From: Kiloniellaceae bacterium
GTDB taxonomy: Bacteria; Pseudomonadota; Alphaproteobacteria; Kiloniellales; J153
Length of the DNA: 64,000 bases
Direction of reading: 5' to 3'
Assembly: GCA_021776135.1 (NCBI GenBank)
Contig: JAJFGL010000012.1
Coordinates: forward strand, 23,258-87,257
Positions 1 through 10,204 of this stretch are shown here, one piece after another. The stretch's first letter is position 1, and every line of letters begins with the position of its first letter. The notes beneath the pieces are model-generated. The model was not told where the DNA came from and searched no databases. It was given only the letters and a program-made list of their open reading frames with translations. Both the position numbers and the translations under genes were made by a program.

Positions 1-330
1 TATGGCGTTACACGGGCGTGTGGAATAAGCGCTGCGGACCCGGGGGCAGTACCCGGCGCCTCCACCAATATTTCCTTCTCGGCCGCCGGGCAGAAAAGGA
101 ACCTCTTGGGGGCGAAATAGGATCGACGCGCGTGGTAAAGATGCGTTCGGCGCCCGGCATGGTACCGCCGTTATCGGGCCGTATTATAGTTGCAAACGAC
201 AACTATGGTGAGGCTCGCCTCGCCGCTTAATTGCGGCTGGTAAGCCAAATTAAGTCCTCGGCCTTCACACGCCGGGGCGGGGTTCGGGGCGCACCTGGCA
301 ACAGAAGCGCCCCACTTACCCTCCTGAAAC
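1..330 (+). ncRNA. ssrA: two-piece (circularly permuted) tmRNA gene: acceptor piece, spacer hairpin, then coding piece; both outer ends approximate and the 5' end may precede the window
   Basis: T-arm ccggg/7-nt loop/cccgg (40-56) abuts acceptor 3' strand cgcctcc + a + cca (57-67). Spacer hairpin at 68-107. gggggcgaaataggatcgacg (108-128) resembles the tmRNA 5' consensus, and GGGGGCG pairs with CGCCUCC giving a G3:U pair. Tag frame 192-230 = ANDNYGEARLAA-stop, followed by a hairpin. Confidence 0.8.
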
Positions 331-378
331 CCAGCGGCGGCCGGAGCGCGGGGGAATAAAACGAATCGGGGATGGAAC

Positions 379-906
379 ATGCCGGAAGACGGCCTGAAAT
401 ACGACCGCATGGTGGAGCAAGCGCTACGCAGCGTTGTTCGGCGTTCCTTGAGCTATGCCGCCGAAAACGGCCTGCCGGGCGAGCATCATTTCTATATTAC
501 CTTCCGGACCGACGACCCCGGAACTCAGATCCCGCCAAGCCTGCGCGAGCAATTCCCCGAGGAAATGACCATCGTCCTGCAGTATCAATTCTGGGATCTG
601 GAGGTCACGGAGGAGGGGTTTTCAGTCACCTTATCGTTCGGCGAGGCGCCGCGAAAGCTGATCGTCCCCTTCCCGGCCGTGGTTGCCTTCGCCGATCCTT
701 CGGTACAGTTCGGACTGCAGTTCGAGACCGCAAATGGCGCGCCCGCCACGCCACAATCCGGCAGCGAAGCAGAGGATGCCGGCCCGGAAAACCCCGCCAA
801 GGCCGCGCCGGCCGAGCCGCGCGCGGAGCAGCCGGCGGGCGAAGAGGCCACAGCGCCGACCGAAAACGTGGTGTCTTTCGATAGCTTCCGTAAAAAATCG
901 ACCTGA
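379..906 (+). CDS. sspB: SspB-like ClpXP specificity-enhancing adaptor (alphaproteobacterial type)
   Basis: 175-aa ORF. The N-terminal ~110 aa resemble the SspB fold family (HHFYITFRT, VLQYQFWDLEV), followed by a long acidic/Pro-Ala-rich linker and a short basic C-terminus. Lies immediately downstream of ssrA. Confidence 0.7.
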   Translation: MPEDGLKYDRMVEQALRSVVRRSLSYAAENGLPGEHHFYITFRTDDPGTQIPPSLREQFPEEMTIVLQYQFWDLEVTEEGFSVTLSFGEAPRKLIVPFPAVVAFADPSVQFGLQFETANGAPATPQSGSEAEDAGPENPAKAAPAEPRAEQPAGEEATAPTENVVSFDSFRKKST

Positions 907-933
907 CGGCCCGCGCGGTAGCGCTCCTTGGTA

Positions 934-1173
934 TTAGTGGCGGCGCGCGATAGTGGCCGGATCCCAGCGTGCGATCCGCTTAGGCTTGGCTTTTTCACGG
1001 TCTTTCCCGGGCCGGCGCAAATCCATGCGCTCAACGAAAGCATCTAGGCGCCGGTTGAGTTCCTGACGCTCCTCGGGAGTCAGGTCTTCATCGGCCACAT
1101 GGGAAAGGTCGCGGTCGCTCAAATCGTCCATTAGCCTGGCCTCTAATCCTCGTGAAGACGCCAAGGGTCGCAA
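934..1173 (-). CDS. small hypothetical protein (alternative start at 1131)
   Basis: 79-aa charged ORF in an otherwise unassigned gap; no family recognised. Confidence 0.35.
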   Translation of the reverse strand: MRPLASSRGLEARLMDDLSDRDLSHVADEDLTPEERQELNRRLDAFVERMDLRRPGKDREKAKPKRIARWDPATIARRH

Positions 1174-1234
1174 AGCGGAGTTAAGGAAACCTTAGGGATA
1201 GCCCGCGGCCCGCCGCAGGTATTAGGATACCTCC

Positions 1235-1600
1235 ATGAACGCGAAACGCGGCCTCGCGAACCGGACGGTAAGCCTACTGATGCCCCTGGGGCCGGTTCGG
1301 GCGCGGGCCATGTTCGGCGGCTTTGGGATATTTCACGAGGATCTGATGTTCGGCCTGATTGCTTTTGAACGGCTTTATTTCAAGGTCGATGCGGACACGA
1401 AGCCGCGTTTCGAGGCGGCGGGCTGCAAAGCCTTCGTCTATGACGGCAAGACCAAACCGACCGAAATGTCCTATTGGACCGTGCCCGAAGACGCACTGGA
1501 AGACCCCGAGGTCCTGCTGCCCTGGGCCGAGTTGGGCCTGGCGGCGGCCCGGCGCGCGCGGGCCAAGAAGCCGCCCAGGAAACGGCGAGGGAGACCATGA
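1235..1600 (+). CDS. TfoX N-terminal domain-containing protein
   Basis: 121-aa ORF with [10 protein letters not shown]...LYFKVD pattern typical of TfoX_N. Stop overlaps the fumC start (ATGA at 1597-1600). Confidence 0.7.
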   Translation: MNAKRGLANRTVSLLMPLGPVRARAMFGGFGIFHEDLMFGLIAFERLYFKVDADTKPRFEAAGCKAFVYDGKTKPTEMSYWTVPEDALEDPEVLLPWAELGLAAARRARAKKPPRKRRGRP

Positions 1601-3009
1601 TGAGCGAGACGGCGGAGACCCGAATCGAATCCGATTCCATGGGCGAGATCGCGGTTCCGGCGGCGGCCTATTGGGGGGCGCAGACACAGCGGTCCCTGCA
1701 AAATTTCAAGATCGGGACCGAGACCATGCCCCCGGCCCTGATACGCGCCCTGGGTATTCAAAAGCTGGCGGCGGCGCGCGCGAACATGGCCCACGGGCGG
1801 CTCGACCCCAAGCTGGGCGCGGCTATGAGTTCCGCCGCCGGGGAAATCGCCGCCGGAGACCTGGACGCCGAGTTCCCGCTGGTGGTCTGGCAGACCGGAT
1901 CGGGCACCCAGACCAACATGAACGCCAACGAGGTCATCGCCGGGCGCGCCAACGAAATCCTGAGCGGCCACCGCGGCGGCAAGTCGCCGGTCCATCCCAA
2001 CGACCACTGCAACCTATCGCAGTCCTCGAACGATACCTTCCCGACCGCCATGCACATCGCGGCGGTCGAGGCCATCGCCGGCCAAGCCGTTCCGGCGTTG
2101 CAAAACCTGCACGCGGCCCTGGACGCCAAGGCCCGCGCCTTCGCCAAGATCGTCAAAAACGGCCGCACCCACCTGATGGACGCGACGCCCCTGACCTTGG
2201 GCCAGGAATTTTCCGGCTATGCCGCTCAAGCGGCCTATGGGGCCGAACGCCTGCAATCGGCCCTGCCGCGCCTGTACGCACTGGCCCAGGGCGGCACGGC
2301 GGTCGGCACCGGCCTCAACGCGCCCCAGGGCTTCGCCGAGGACTTCGCCCAAGAGGCCGCGAACATAACCGGCCATCCCTTCGTGACCGCGCCCAACAAG
2401 TTCGAGGCCCTGGCCGCCCACGATGCCCTGGTCGAGGCCTCGGGCGCCCTCAATACCGTCGCCGCCTCGCTTATGAAGATCGCCAACGATATCCGCCTCA
2501 TGGGCAGCGGCCCGCGTGGCGGCTTGGGCGAATTGATGCTGCCCGCCAACGAGCCCGGCTCCTCCATCATGCCCGGCAAGGTCAATCCGACCCAGGCGGA
2601 GGCCCTGACCATGGTCTGCGCCCAGGTCATGGGCAATCACGTCGCCATCACCGTCGCCGGATCGAACGGCCATTTCGAGCTCAATGTCTTCAAGCCGGTG
2701 ATGATCTACAACCTGCTTCAGTCGGCCCGCCTGATCGGCGACGCCTGCGACAGCTTCCGCGCCAATTGCATCGAGGGGCTCGCGGCCAACGAGGCCCACA
2801 TCCGGGCGCTGATGGAACGCTCGCTCATGCTGGTCACGGCGCTCAACCCACACATCGGCTACGACAAGGCGGCCCAGGTCGCCAAGAAGGCTCACGCCGA
2901 AGGCACGACCTTGAAGGAGGCCGCCGTGGCCCTAGGCCTGCTCACCGCCGCGCAGTTCGACGACTGGGTGAAACCCGAAGACATGCTGGGCCCGAAACCG
3001 AAACCGTGA
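1597..3009 (+). CDS. fumC: class II fumarate hydratase
   Basis: ATG at 1597 inside ORF 1474-3009. [25 protein letters not shown]-terminus and fumarate-lyase signature [11 protein letters not shown]. Confidence 0.97.
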   Translation: MMSETAETRIESDSMGEIAVPAAAYWGAQTQRSLQNFKIGTETMPPALIRALGIQKLAAARANMAHGRLDPKLGAAMSSAAGEIAAGDLDAEFPLVVWQTGSGTQTNMNANEVIAGRANEILSGHRGGKSPVHPNDHCNLSQSSNDTFPTAMHIAAVEAIAGQAVPALQNLHAALDAKARAFAKIVKNGRTHLMDATPLTLGQEFSGYAAQAAYGAERLQSALPRLYALAQGGTAVGTGLNAPQGFAEDFAQEAANITGHPFVTAPNKFEALAAHDALVEASGALNTVAASLMKIANDIRLMGSGPRGGLGELMLPANEPGSSIMPGKVNPTQAEALTMVCAQVMGNHVAITVAGSNGHFELNVFKPVMIYNLLQSARLIGDACDSFRANCIEGLAANEAHIRALMERSLMLVTALNPHIGYDKAAQVAKKAHAEGTTLKEAAVALGLLTAAQFDDWVKPEDMLGPKPKP

Positions 3010-3233
3010 TCGTCAAGCGCTCCATTAAAATCGCCGGGCACAAGACCAGCGTCAGCCTGGAAGCGGAATTCTGGGACGCGCTCAAGGTCATCGCTGCGGC
3101 GGATGGCGTCTCCCTGAACGCCCTCATCGAGGCCATCGACGCCAAGCGCGCCGGCAATCTTTCCAGCGCCCTCAGGCTCCACGTACTCGAAAATCTTCAG
3201 GCGCGCGGGACTTTGCCGGTGAGAACGCTCTAA
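3006..3233 (+). CDS. ribbon-helix-helix domain protein (RHH_4-like)
   Basis: GTG at 3006 overlaps the fumC stop. 75 aa: [43 protein letters not shown]. Corresponds to the tail of ORF-track entry 1359-3233. Confidence 0.6.
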   Translation: MIVKRSIKIAGHKTSVSLEAEFWDALKVIAAADGVSLNALIEAIDAKRAGNLSSALRLHVLENLQARGTLPVRTL

Positions 3234-4114
3234 TCTTCGACCCGGTGAACCACGCCCGCCGCCAGTAAGGCCTCATGGCTCGGGAACCATATCTCCGTGT
3301 GGGCGGCGTCGAACACACGTTCCAGGAAATCCTCCGCGACATCCCGGCTCCGATAGAAACGGCGGTCCGTTTCCTGCTCCTTGGCCAGATCGAGGTAGGG
3401 GAGCGGAAGGTTCGCCGAAAGCCCGTATTGGTGGAATCCCAAACGGCCGTCCGCCCCCAGAACTCTTTCAACGCCGCCCATGAAGGCGATGGCGCAGGCC
3501 GAAGAGCAGGAGCCGGCGACATAGGTATTCAATCCGTATCGCCATATGAGTTTCGCCACCCCCCTGCTTTCATAAATGTGCCCGCCATGGCTTTCCAGAA
3601 CCATGACGGTGACCGCCGGATTCTGGTTCAGGATCGCTTCTAGCTTCCTGGTAACGCCTAATTCCAGGCTCCCGTTCAGGCGAACGCGCGTATCGCCGTC
3701 GCTCAGGGTCAGCGCGTATTTCGCCGCCCGCTCGCGTTCCAAGACCTCGGCCGCGAGTTCCATGTCTCGCGCCATGAATGTCTGTTGGTATGCCCCGAAG
3801 ACACCGATCAGGGTGGCGACGATGCTGACGGCAATGCCCATATAGACGCCCCAGACCCACCCGGCGGAACCGAAACCGGACAGGTAACGGTCGCACGACC
3901 GCAACACGCCGACAATCTGCCAGGGATAAATGACCAAATGGCCGATAACCAAGAACGAAACCGTCGCGGCGGCGGCGGCGGGGGACGCTTCGAGAAACGG
4001 CGGGTGGGTAAAGCGGTCGAGATAGAAGACGATCAGGCGCCCAAGCACCAGATTCACCAGGAACGCGCGAAGCAGCGAATGGCGGCCGCGCCAGTGATCG
4101 CGAATATAGCCCAT
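3230..4114 (-). CDS. membrane protein with C-terminal ClpP/crotonase-like (periplasmic protease-like) domain
   Basis: 294-aa ORF with several N-terminal hydrophobic helices. C-terminal VMVLESHGGHIYESRGVA...GSCSSACAIAFMGG pattern. Confidence 0.5.
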   Translation of the reverse strand: MGYIRDHWRGRHSLLRAFLVNLVLGRLIVFYLDRFTHPPFLEASPAAAAATVSFLVIGHLVIYPWQIVGVLRSCDRYLSGFGSAGWVWGVYMGIAVSIVATLIGVFGAYQQTFMARDMELAAEVLERERAAKYALTLSDGDTRVRLNGSLELGVTRKLEAILNQNPAVTVMVLESHGGHIYESRGVAKLIWRYGLNTYVAGSCSSACAIAFMGGVERVLGADGRLGFHQYGLSANLPLPYLDLAKEQETDRRFYRSRDVAEDFLERVFDAAHTEIWFPSHEALLAAGVVHRVED

Positions 4115-4132
4115 GGCGTCCTAGTGCGGTGG

Positions 4133-7100
4133 TTACTTAACCAAACCCTTCAGCAAGCCCTTGAGGCCTTGTTTGAGTATGTCGTCGGGTTTGATCTGTT
4201 GAGGCTGCGCCGGGGCGGGTTGCGCGCCGGTGCCTTCCGCCGGCGCCGGGGCGCGGCGGAAGGCCTGTCCCGATATCTTCGGGTTCGGCTTGTCGAGCGG
4301 CCCGGTGAGCTTGGCGGTCAGATAAGGCGTGTTCGGATCGCCCTCGCGGAAAACATCCGTTTGGGTATTGATTTTCCAAGCCGCCAGATCGGCGGCGCCC
4401 TTGGTCAAAGCCGCGGCCTGGCGGCCGTCCAGGCGCAGATCCTCGGTCACGGCCACACCCTTGTCGATCTTGAACGTCCCTTTGAGCTGGGCGGGCGCAT
4501 CGGCGAAGGCATTGAACAGGACGTTGGTCGTATCGGCCACGCCCCGGATTTCCTTGGCCTTCGCCCCCAGGATGCCGAGCAGGATGGACCCCACCTTCTC
4601 CTCCGCCTTGGCGATCAGGTTCAAGGCGCCGCTCACATCGCCGGTGCCGGCGAGGCCGGAAACGAGTTCCGCCTCGCTGCGGCCCTTGGCCGCGATCGAG
4701 GCGTTGAAGTTCAGCGGTCCCGATATCCGCTCGCTATCGGCCAGGTCTTTCGCGAGCTTGGCCAGGTTGAGTTCGATCGCGGTTATGGCGAGGCCGGTTT
4801 CGATACCCGCGCGGGTGTCGATCTTGCCCGATAACTGGACGGCGCCGCCGTAGAGGGTGCCGCCGAACTTGCGCAGATCGATAACGCCCTCGTTCAAGGC
4901 GGCATCGATGACCGCGTTGTCCAGGCGGGTCCGGTCATTAACCAAGGCGGCGGCCCGTAATTTAAGATCGGCGTCGAATCCGTGCAGCGCGGTGGTATCG
5001 ATAACCGCCCGGGACCAGCGGGCCGAGACATCGGACCTGGCGTCGGTGGGGGTGGTGGTGGGTGCGCCGCCAGGGGCCGGTTTCGCTTTTCCGCCCTTTG
5101 ACGCCGGGGCGGCGAAAGCGGCCAGCGGCAGAACGCCGGTTACGAGATCGGCTGAAATCCTGGGACGAGGGCCGTTTAAATCCAGCCCGAGCGATCCCTT
5201 CACCTCGCTCGGCCCGATCTTTCCGGCGATTCCGCTCAGGTTGATAAGCCGATGGGTGCCCTGAACCCGCGCCGCGAGATCAAACCCCAGTCCCGGCGCC
5301 AATCCGGCCCCGGGGGCGAAAGAGCGGATCAAGGCGGCCAAGTCCGGGTGCTTGACCGCGACTGTCATGTCCAGGGCGTTGATCGCCGGTTCGGTTCCGC
5401 CAAGGTCCGCCGTCAGCCCGCCATCGAGGCTAAGCGGGCCAAGTTGGCCCTTCACCGCGCTCAGTGTAATTATTTGCGCCGTTCCCGCCGCCTTCGCACT
5501 CAAGTCCAGGGCCCCGAATCCGGGCTCGAGGCCGATACCGGGCGACAGGTCGGCAAGCAGCTTCGCCAGATCGCCGTGCCGCCCGCTCAAATCGAGATCG
5601 AACGCCAGGGGTTTGGTCAAGGGGCTAACCCGGCCCTTCGCCGTGAAACGCCCGCCGAGCGCCGTTAAATCGCCGCTCACGCTCAGTTGGTCCTGCATAC
5701 CCTTCACGGTGCCGGAGACAGTCAGACTTTTCGTCCGCGCCAAGGGCCCCGGCGCCGATCCGAGGGCCTTCGCGATCCCGGCCGGATTGGCGGTAGCGAG
5801 ATCGTAGGCCGCGTCCACGGCCGGGGCCGTCGTCAGATCCGTGAAAGTACCGGCCACGCGCAGCTTGGCGCCGTCCGCGATGTCGCCGGCGGAAAACTCG
5901 CGCAGATCGAGAGACGCCTGCTGCAAGGTCGCATCGAAATACAGATCGGCGGCGGCGATCTTTCCCAGGGTCAGGCGGCCAAGGCGAAGGTCGAAATTGG
6001 CGTCGAATTCCCCCAGGAAGGCGGGCGCGGCAAAGCGGGGCGGTTCCGCGGCGCTTTCCTGGGTTTCCCCTGTACCGGATTCCACCGCCGTGGCCAAACC
6101 ATCGGCCGGGCGTTGCGCCGGCAAGTAGGCATCGAGGTCGATCTTGTCGAGCGTCAGTCCAATGCCGACCCCAAGCCGGTCGCGAAGCGCGACCGCGACC
6201 CCGCCGGTTATCCGGCTGAGATCCAAACGAAGGTCGATATCGCCGAGCACGATATCCGATGGAGTCGCGCCGATGTTCATGGCCAAGCTCATCTTGCGCA
6301 GGCGCGACGCCGGAACCTGGCCTACATCGACACCCAGCCAATCGAGAACGCCGCGCAGGTTGTCCGACCCGGCATCCAAACGGCCGTCGAAGCGCAAACC
6401 GGGCGCCGCCCCACCGGCCGGCGCGGCCATGCCGGTCAAGGAAACGTCGGAGCCTCCGGGCAGCAAGGCCAGCGCCTGATTGAATCTCAAGACACCTTCT
6501 TCAAGAGCCAGCGCGAATAAAAATTGCCGGACCACTTGGCCCCGGTACACCACGGCGTCGACCGACACCTCCAGCGACCCAGTCATATCAGCCGGTAAAG
6601 CCAGCGCCGCGGTTTTTTCCTCTGCCGGTTTTGGCGCCGGCGTGGGCGGGGAAGTATCTACTCTGTCCTGCCCCGCCGGCGCATCCCCAGACGGCGGTGC
6701 CAGCAAGGCGTCGAGATCGATACGCGACGCGGAGAGGCGAAGTTGTAAATCCCGGTGCGGCTCCAGCGTGAACTGAATCTCGCCATCCGCTTCGGTTCCG
6801 GCTATCCGAACGGTGAGTTCACTGAACGAGACCTGCTCCGGGTTCGCCGCGACCTCGGACTCGATTGCGAAGGGCTTGGCTAGAATGGCTGGCAGGGACG
6901 CATCCAAGGGCAGCACGGCGGCCAAGGCGGCAAAATCGCTGCCCGTGCCTTTCACGCGGCCGCGCAGGGATAGGCGCTCTTCGTGGCGTGAGAGGGTGCC
7001 GGAAAAGCGCAGCGAGGCCTCCACTTCCGGCACGCCCAGCACCAGGCGAAGAGAAGTGGCGCCGCCATTCACTAGGCTGCCCAGGCTCAATTCGAAATCG

Positions 7101-7717
7101 GTCGCGACACCGCGAACTCGCGCCTTGCCGGAGATGCCAAAGGGGCCCTTCAAGGAGTCCGCGGCGATCTCCGCCGTGAGGGAATCGAGCTTTTCCTCGG
7201 TACCGGAAACGGCGTCGCGGTAGATCAAGGACCCCTCGGTCACGCTCACCCGATCGAAGCGCAGCGCGGCGGCGAGGCCCCCGTCTTGCGGCTCAATATC
7301 TTGGCCAAGACCCGCCGCATCGGACTCCGGGGCCGAGAACTCCCAGTTCTTACGGCCGTCGGGCAGGACCTCGGCCAGGATACGCGGTCTGACCAGATCG
7401 ACGCTTTCAACCCTGATCTCACCCTGCAGAAGCGGTAAAAACGCGATGCGAACCTTCAACGCCTCCAACTTGGCCATGGAAGGGGCGCTGCCGCCTTCGA
7501 TATTGGCGAGGCGAACCCGGGCGGCTGTCAGGGTCGGCGTTGGCAGAAGCACCAAGCCGATATCGCCGTCAATTGAGACGTCGCGGCCGGTCAGATCGAA
7601 AACCTCTTGGGAAATTCGAACCTTATGGGCATTCCAATCGACGAATCCCGGCGCCACCAGAAGGCCCGCGACAAGAATCGCCGCGAGTCCAAGCAGGCCC
7701 AAGCCAAGTTTTTTCAA
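4133..7717 (-). CDS. AsmA family outer-membrane biogenesis protein (large)
   Basis: 1194-aa ORF. N-terminal anchor MKKLGLGLLGLAAILVAGLLVAPGFVDWN plus an AsmA-like start, then a long repetitive beta-rich body. Confidence 0.85.
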   Translation of the reverse strand: MKKLGLGLLGLAAILVAGLLVAPGFVDWNAHKVRISQEVFDLTGRDVSIDGDIGLVLLPTPTLTAARVRLANIEGGSAPSMAKLEALKVRIAFLPLLQGEIRVESVDLVRPRILAEVLPDGRKNWEFSAPESDAAGLGQDIEPQDGGLAAALRFDRVSVTEGSLIYRDAVSGTEEKLDSLTAEIAADSLKGPFGISGKARVRGVATDFELSLGSLVNGGATSLRLVLGVPEVEASLRFSGTLSRHEERLSLRGRVKGTGSDFAALAAVLPLDASLPAILAKPFAIESEVAANPEQVSFSELTVRIAGTEADGEIQFTLEPHRDLQLRLSASRIDLDALLAPPSGDAPAGQDRVDTSPPTPAPKPAEEKTAALALPADMTGSLEVSVDAVVYRGQVVRQFLFALALEEGVLRFNQALALLPGGSDVSLTGMAAPAGGAAPGLRFDGRLDAGSDNLRGVLDWLGVDVGQVPASRLRKMSLAMNIGATPSDIVLGDIDLRLDLSRITGGVAVALRDRLGVGIGLTLDKIDLDAYLPAQRPADGLATAVESGTGETQESAAEPPRFAAPAFLGEFDANFDLRLGRLTLGKIAAADLYFDATLQQASLDLREFSAGDIADGAKLRVAGTFTDLTTAPAVDAAYDLATANPAGIAKALGSAPGPLARTKSLTVSGTVKGMQDQLSVSGDLTALGGRFTAKGRVSPLTKPLAFDLDLSGRHGDLAKLLADLSPGIGLEPGFGALDLSAKAAGTAQIITLSAVKGQLGPLSLDGGLTADLGGTEPAINALDMTVAVKHPDLAALIRSFAPGAGLAPGLGFDLAARVQGTHRLINLSGIAGKIGPSEVKGSLGLDLNGPRPRISADLVTGVLPLAAFAAPASKGGKAKPAPGGAPTTTPTDARSDVSARWSRAVIDTTALHGFDADLKLRAAALVNDRTRLDNAVIDAALNEGVIDLRKFGGTLYGGAVQLSGKIDTRAGIETGLAITAIELNLAKLAKDLADSERISGPLNFNASIAAKGRSEAELVSGLAGTGDVSGALNLIAKAEEKVGSILLGILGAKAKEIRGVADTTNVLFNAFADAPAQLKGTFKIDKGVAVTEDLRLDGRQAAALTKGAADLAAWKINTQTDVFREGDPNTPYLTAKLTGPLDKPNPKISGQAFRRAPAPAEGTGAQPAPAQPQQIKPDDILKQGLKGLLKGLVK

Positions 7718-7875
7718 GTCGATTTCCTTTGTCCCGGCCGGAAAATCCGAAAATCACCGGCGCGACCAACTCGTCATTGCGCCCGGCCCGGTTTCGGCTA
7801 AGCTAATGAAACAGTGTTGTGCGGGCAAACACTACCCGATGGCCCGCTGCGAGCGTGGTGGATAGAATCTAACTC

Positions 7876-8073
7876 ATGGGCGAGGTCGTCGATCTCGAAA
7901 TTTACCGCAAGCGGTTGAAGCGCGGTGCGGCGTGTGGGCCGGGCCCAGGCGGCCGCCGATCCCCGAACACGGAATCGCGGGACGCCAAGCCGTCCGGCAA
8001 GACCGGCAAACCCAAGCGGCGCGGCACAGTGGACAAATCCAAGATCGAATCGAAGGATTCGACATCGGATTGA
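7876..8073 (+). CDS. small basic hypothetical protein
   Basis: 65-aa ORF in an intergenic gap; weak resemblance to small alphaproteobacterial DUF proteins; uncertain. Confidence 0.3.
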   Translation: MGEVVDLEIYRKRLKRGAACGPGPGGRRSPNTESRDAKPSGKTGKPKRRGTVDKSKIESKDSTSD

Positions 8074-8131
8074 CGGTGCTTCAAGCTTTCCAAACTCTTC
8101 TCAAGCCGCGGCAATAGCGGAACATTGAACC

Positions 8132-8749
8132 ATGTTCTATGAAACCAGCGACAACCGGCACGGGCTGCCGCACGATCCCTATAAAAGCTGTATCGTGCCC
8201 AGGCCGATCGGTTGGATTTCGACCCTCAGCGCCAAGTCCGTGGTGAATTTGGCGCCCTATAGTTTTTTCAACGGGGTCGCCTCCGATCCGCCCATGGTTA
8301 TGTTTTCGGCCAACGGCCCGGCCCAGCGTCCAACCAAGGATACCCTGGCGAACTGCGCCGACACGGGGGAATTCGTCTTTAACTTGGCGACCTGGGATTT
8401 GCGCGAGGAAATGAACCGCACCAGCGCCCCGGCCAATCCCGGTGCGGATGAATTCGAACTGGCGGGCCTGGAGAAAGCCCCTAGCGTTCTGGTCAAGCCG
8501 CCGCGGGTCAAGGCATCGCCCATCCATATGGAATGCCTAGTCGAGCGGATCCTGGACCTGCCCTGCGCCGACCCCAAGGGGCGCAACGCCATGGTCTTGG
8601 GGCGGGTCGCTGGCATCCATATCGACGATCGTGTCCTGACCGGCGGCCTGATCGACATGGCCAAGCTGCGCCCGATCGCCCGCCTCGGTTACATGGACTA
8701 CGCGCGGGTCGATTTCGTGTTTTCCATGGACCGGCCGGGTCCGGGTTAA
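8132..8749 (+). CDS. flavin reductase family protein (FMN-binding split barrel)
   Basis: 205 aa; PRPIGWISTLS...NLAPYSFFNGVASDPPMVMFS pattern. Confidence 0.8.
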   Translation: MFYETSDNRHGLPHDPYKSCIVPRPIGWISTLSAKSVVNLAPYSFFNGVASDPPMVMFSANGPAQRPTKDTLANCADTGEFVFNLATWDLREEMNRTSAPANPGADEFELAGLEKAPSVLVKPPRVKASPIHMECLVERILDLPCADPKGRNAMVLGRVAGIHIDDRVLTGGLIDMAKLRPIARLGYMDYARVDFVFSMDRPGPG

Positions 8750-10134
8750 ACCTCGACGATCTTGCCGGGGTTCATGATGTTATCGGGGTCGAGGGCGATC
8801 TTGAGCTGACGCATCGCCCCGACGCCTTCGCCGTGTTCGGCTTTCAGGTATTTCATCTTGCCGATGCCGATGCCGTGTTCGCCGGTGCAGGTTCCGCCCA
8901 TGTCCAGGGCGCGCATGACCATGCGCTCGTTCAGCGCCTCGGTGCGCGCCATTTCCTCCGTATCGTCCGGGTCGATAATGAAACAGACATGGAAATTCCC
9001 GTCGCCGGCATGGCCGACGATGGGCGCCAGCAGGCCGGAACTCTCGATATCCGCCTTGGTCGCCAGGATACAGTCGGCCAAGCGTGAGATCGGCACGCAG
9101 ACATCCGTCGCCCAGCCCTTGGAGCCGGGACGAAGCGCCAGCGCCGCATAGTAGGAATCGTGACGCGCTTGCCACAGTTTATTCCGGTCCTCCTGCTCGC
9201 GCGCCCAGCGGAAATCGCCGCCGCCGAACTCACCGGCAATCTCGCCCACCATCTCGACCTGTTCGCGCACCCCGGCCTCGGTGCCGTGAAACTCGAAGAA
9301 AAGCGTGGGCTGGACCGGGTAATCGAACTTCGAGTAGCGGTTGACCGCGTCCATTTGAACCTCGTCCAGTAGTTCAATGCGCGCGATCGGGATACCGGAT
9401 TGTATGGTGGTCATGACCGTATTCACGGCGCCCTGAAGATCGGCGAAGGGACAAACGGCTGCGGAAATCGCCTCGGGAATGCCGTTAAGGCGAAGCTGGA
9501 CCTCGGTAATGACCCCAAGCGTCCCTTCCGAGCCGACGAACAGCCGGGTCAAATCGTAACCGGCCGCCGACTTGCGCGCCCGGCCGCCGGTGCGCACGAT
9601 CCGGCCGTCGGCCATGACCACCGTCAGGCCCAGGACATTTTCGCGCATGGTCCCATAGCGGACCGCGTTGGTGCCCGACGCCCGGGTCGCGGCCATGCCG
9701 CCCAGGGAGGCGTCGGCCCCCGGATCGATGGGAAAGAAAAGGCCCGTACCGCGTAGGTATTCGTTCAATTGCTTGCGCGTGACCCCGGCTTGAACCCGGC
9801 AATCCAGGTCTTCGGCATTGACCTCCAGCACTTGGTTCATGGCTGACAGGTCGATACAGACCCCGCCTTTCAAGGCCGCCACCTGGCCTTCCAGGGAGGT
9901 GCCGGTGCCAAAGGGGATCACGGGAAGCCGGTGCCGGGCGCCAATCTCGACGATCCGCGCCACTTCCTCGGTGGATTCAGCGAAGGCGACCGCATCCGGC
10001 GGTTGGCTGGGGTAGTAGGATTCGCCCCGGCCATGTTGTTCGCACACGGATGAAGAAGTGGATAGCCGCTTGCCTAAAAGCGCGCGCAATTCCTCAAGCG
10101 CGGTGTCTTGTGTCTGCTCTTCCATTATAGACAT
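8746..10134 (-). CDS. FAD-binding oxidoreductase (D-lactate dehydrogenase/GlcD family)
   Basis: 462 aa; FAD_binding_4-type region PFGTGTSLEGQ...GGMAATRASG...GSEGTLGVITE. Confidence 0.85.
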   Translation of the reverse strand: MSIMEEQTQDTALEELRALLGKRLSTSSSVCEQHGRGESYYPSQPPDAVAFAESTEEVARIVEIGARHRLPVIPFGTGTSLEGQVAALKGGVCIDLSAMNQVLEVNAEDLDCRVQAGVTRKQLNEYLRGTGLFFPIDPGADASLGGMAATRASGTNAVRYGTMRENVLGLTVVMADGRIVRTGGRARKSAAGYDLTRLFVGSEGTLGVITEVQLRLNGIPEAISAAVCPFADLQGAVNTVMTTIQSGIPIARIELLDEVQMDAVNRYSKFDYPVQPTLFFEFHGTEAGVREQVEMVGEIAGEFGGGDFRWAREQEDRNKLWQARHDSYYAALALRPGSKGWATDVCVPISRLADCILATKADIESSGLLAPIVGHAGDGNFHVCFIIDPDDTEEMARTEALNERMVMRALDMGGTCTGEHGIGIGKMKYLKAEHGEGVGAMRQLKIALDPDNIMNPGKIVEV

Positions 10135-10204
10135 ATGTGCTTCCTACGCATAATTCCGCACGCCACTATAGCATTAAACGTCTGCCGTGGGCAGACTGGA
10201 CGCC

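Noticed and set aside
1359-3233. 624-aa ORF spanning the whole fumC region
   Set aside because: It is out of frame with the clearly recognisable fumC and has an Arg/Gly/Pro-rich low-complexity translation typical of shadow ORFs in high-GC DNA. Only its last 75 codons (3006-3233, RHH protein) look genuine.
4329-7223. Multiple 100-350-aa plus-strand ORFs inside the AsmA region
   Set aside because: All are antisense or out of frame relative to the continuous 1194-aa AsmA-family ORF, and all have shadow-frame composition.
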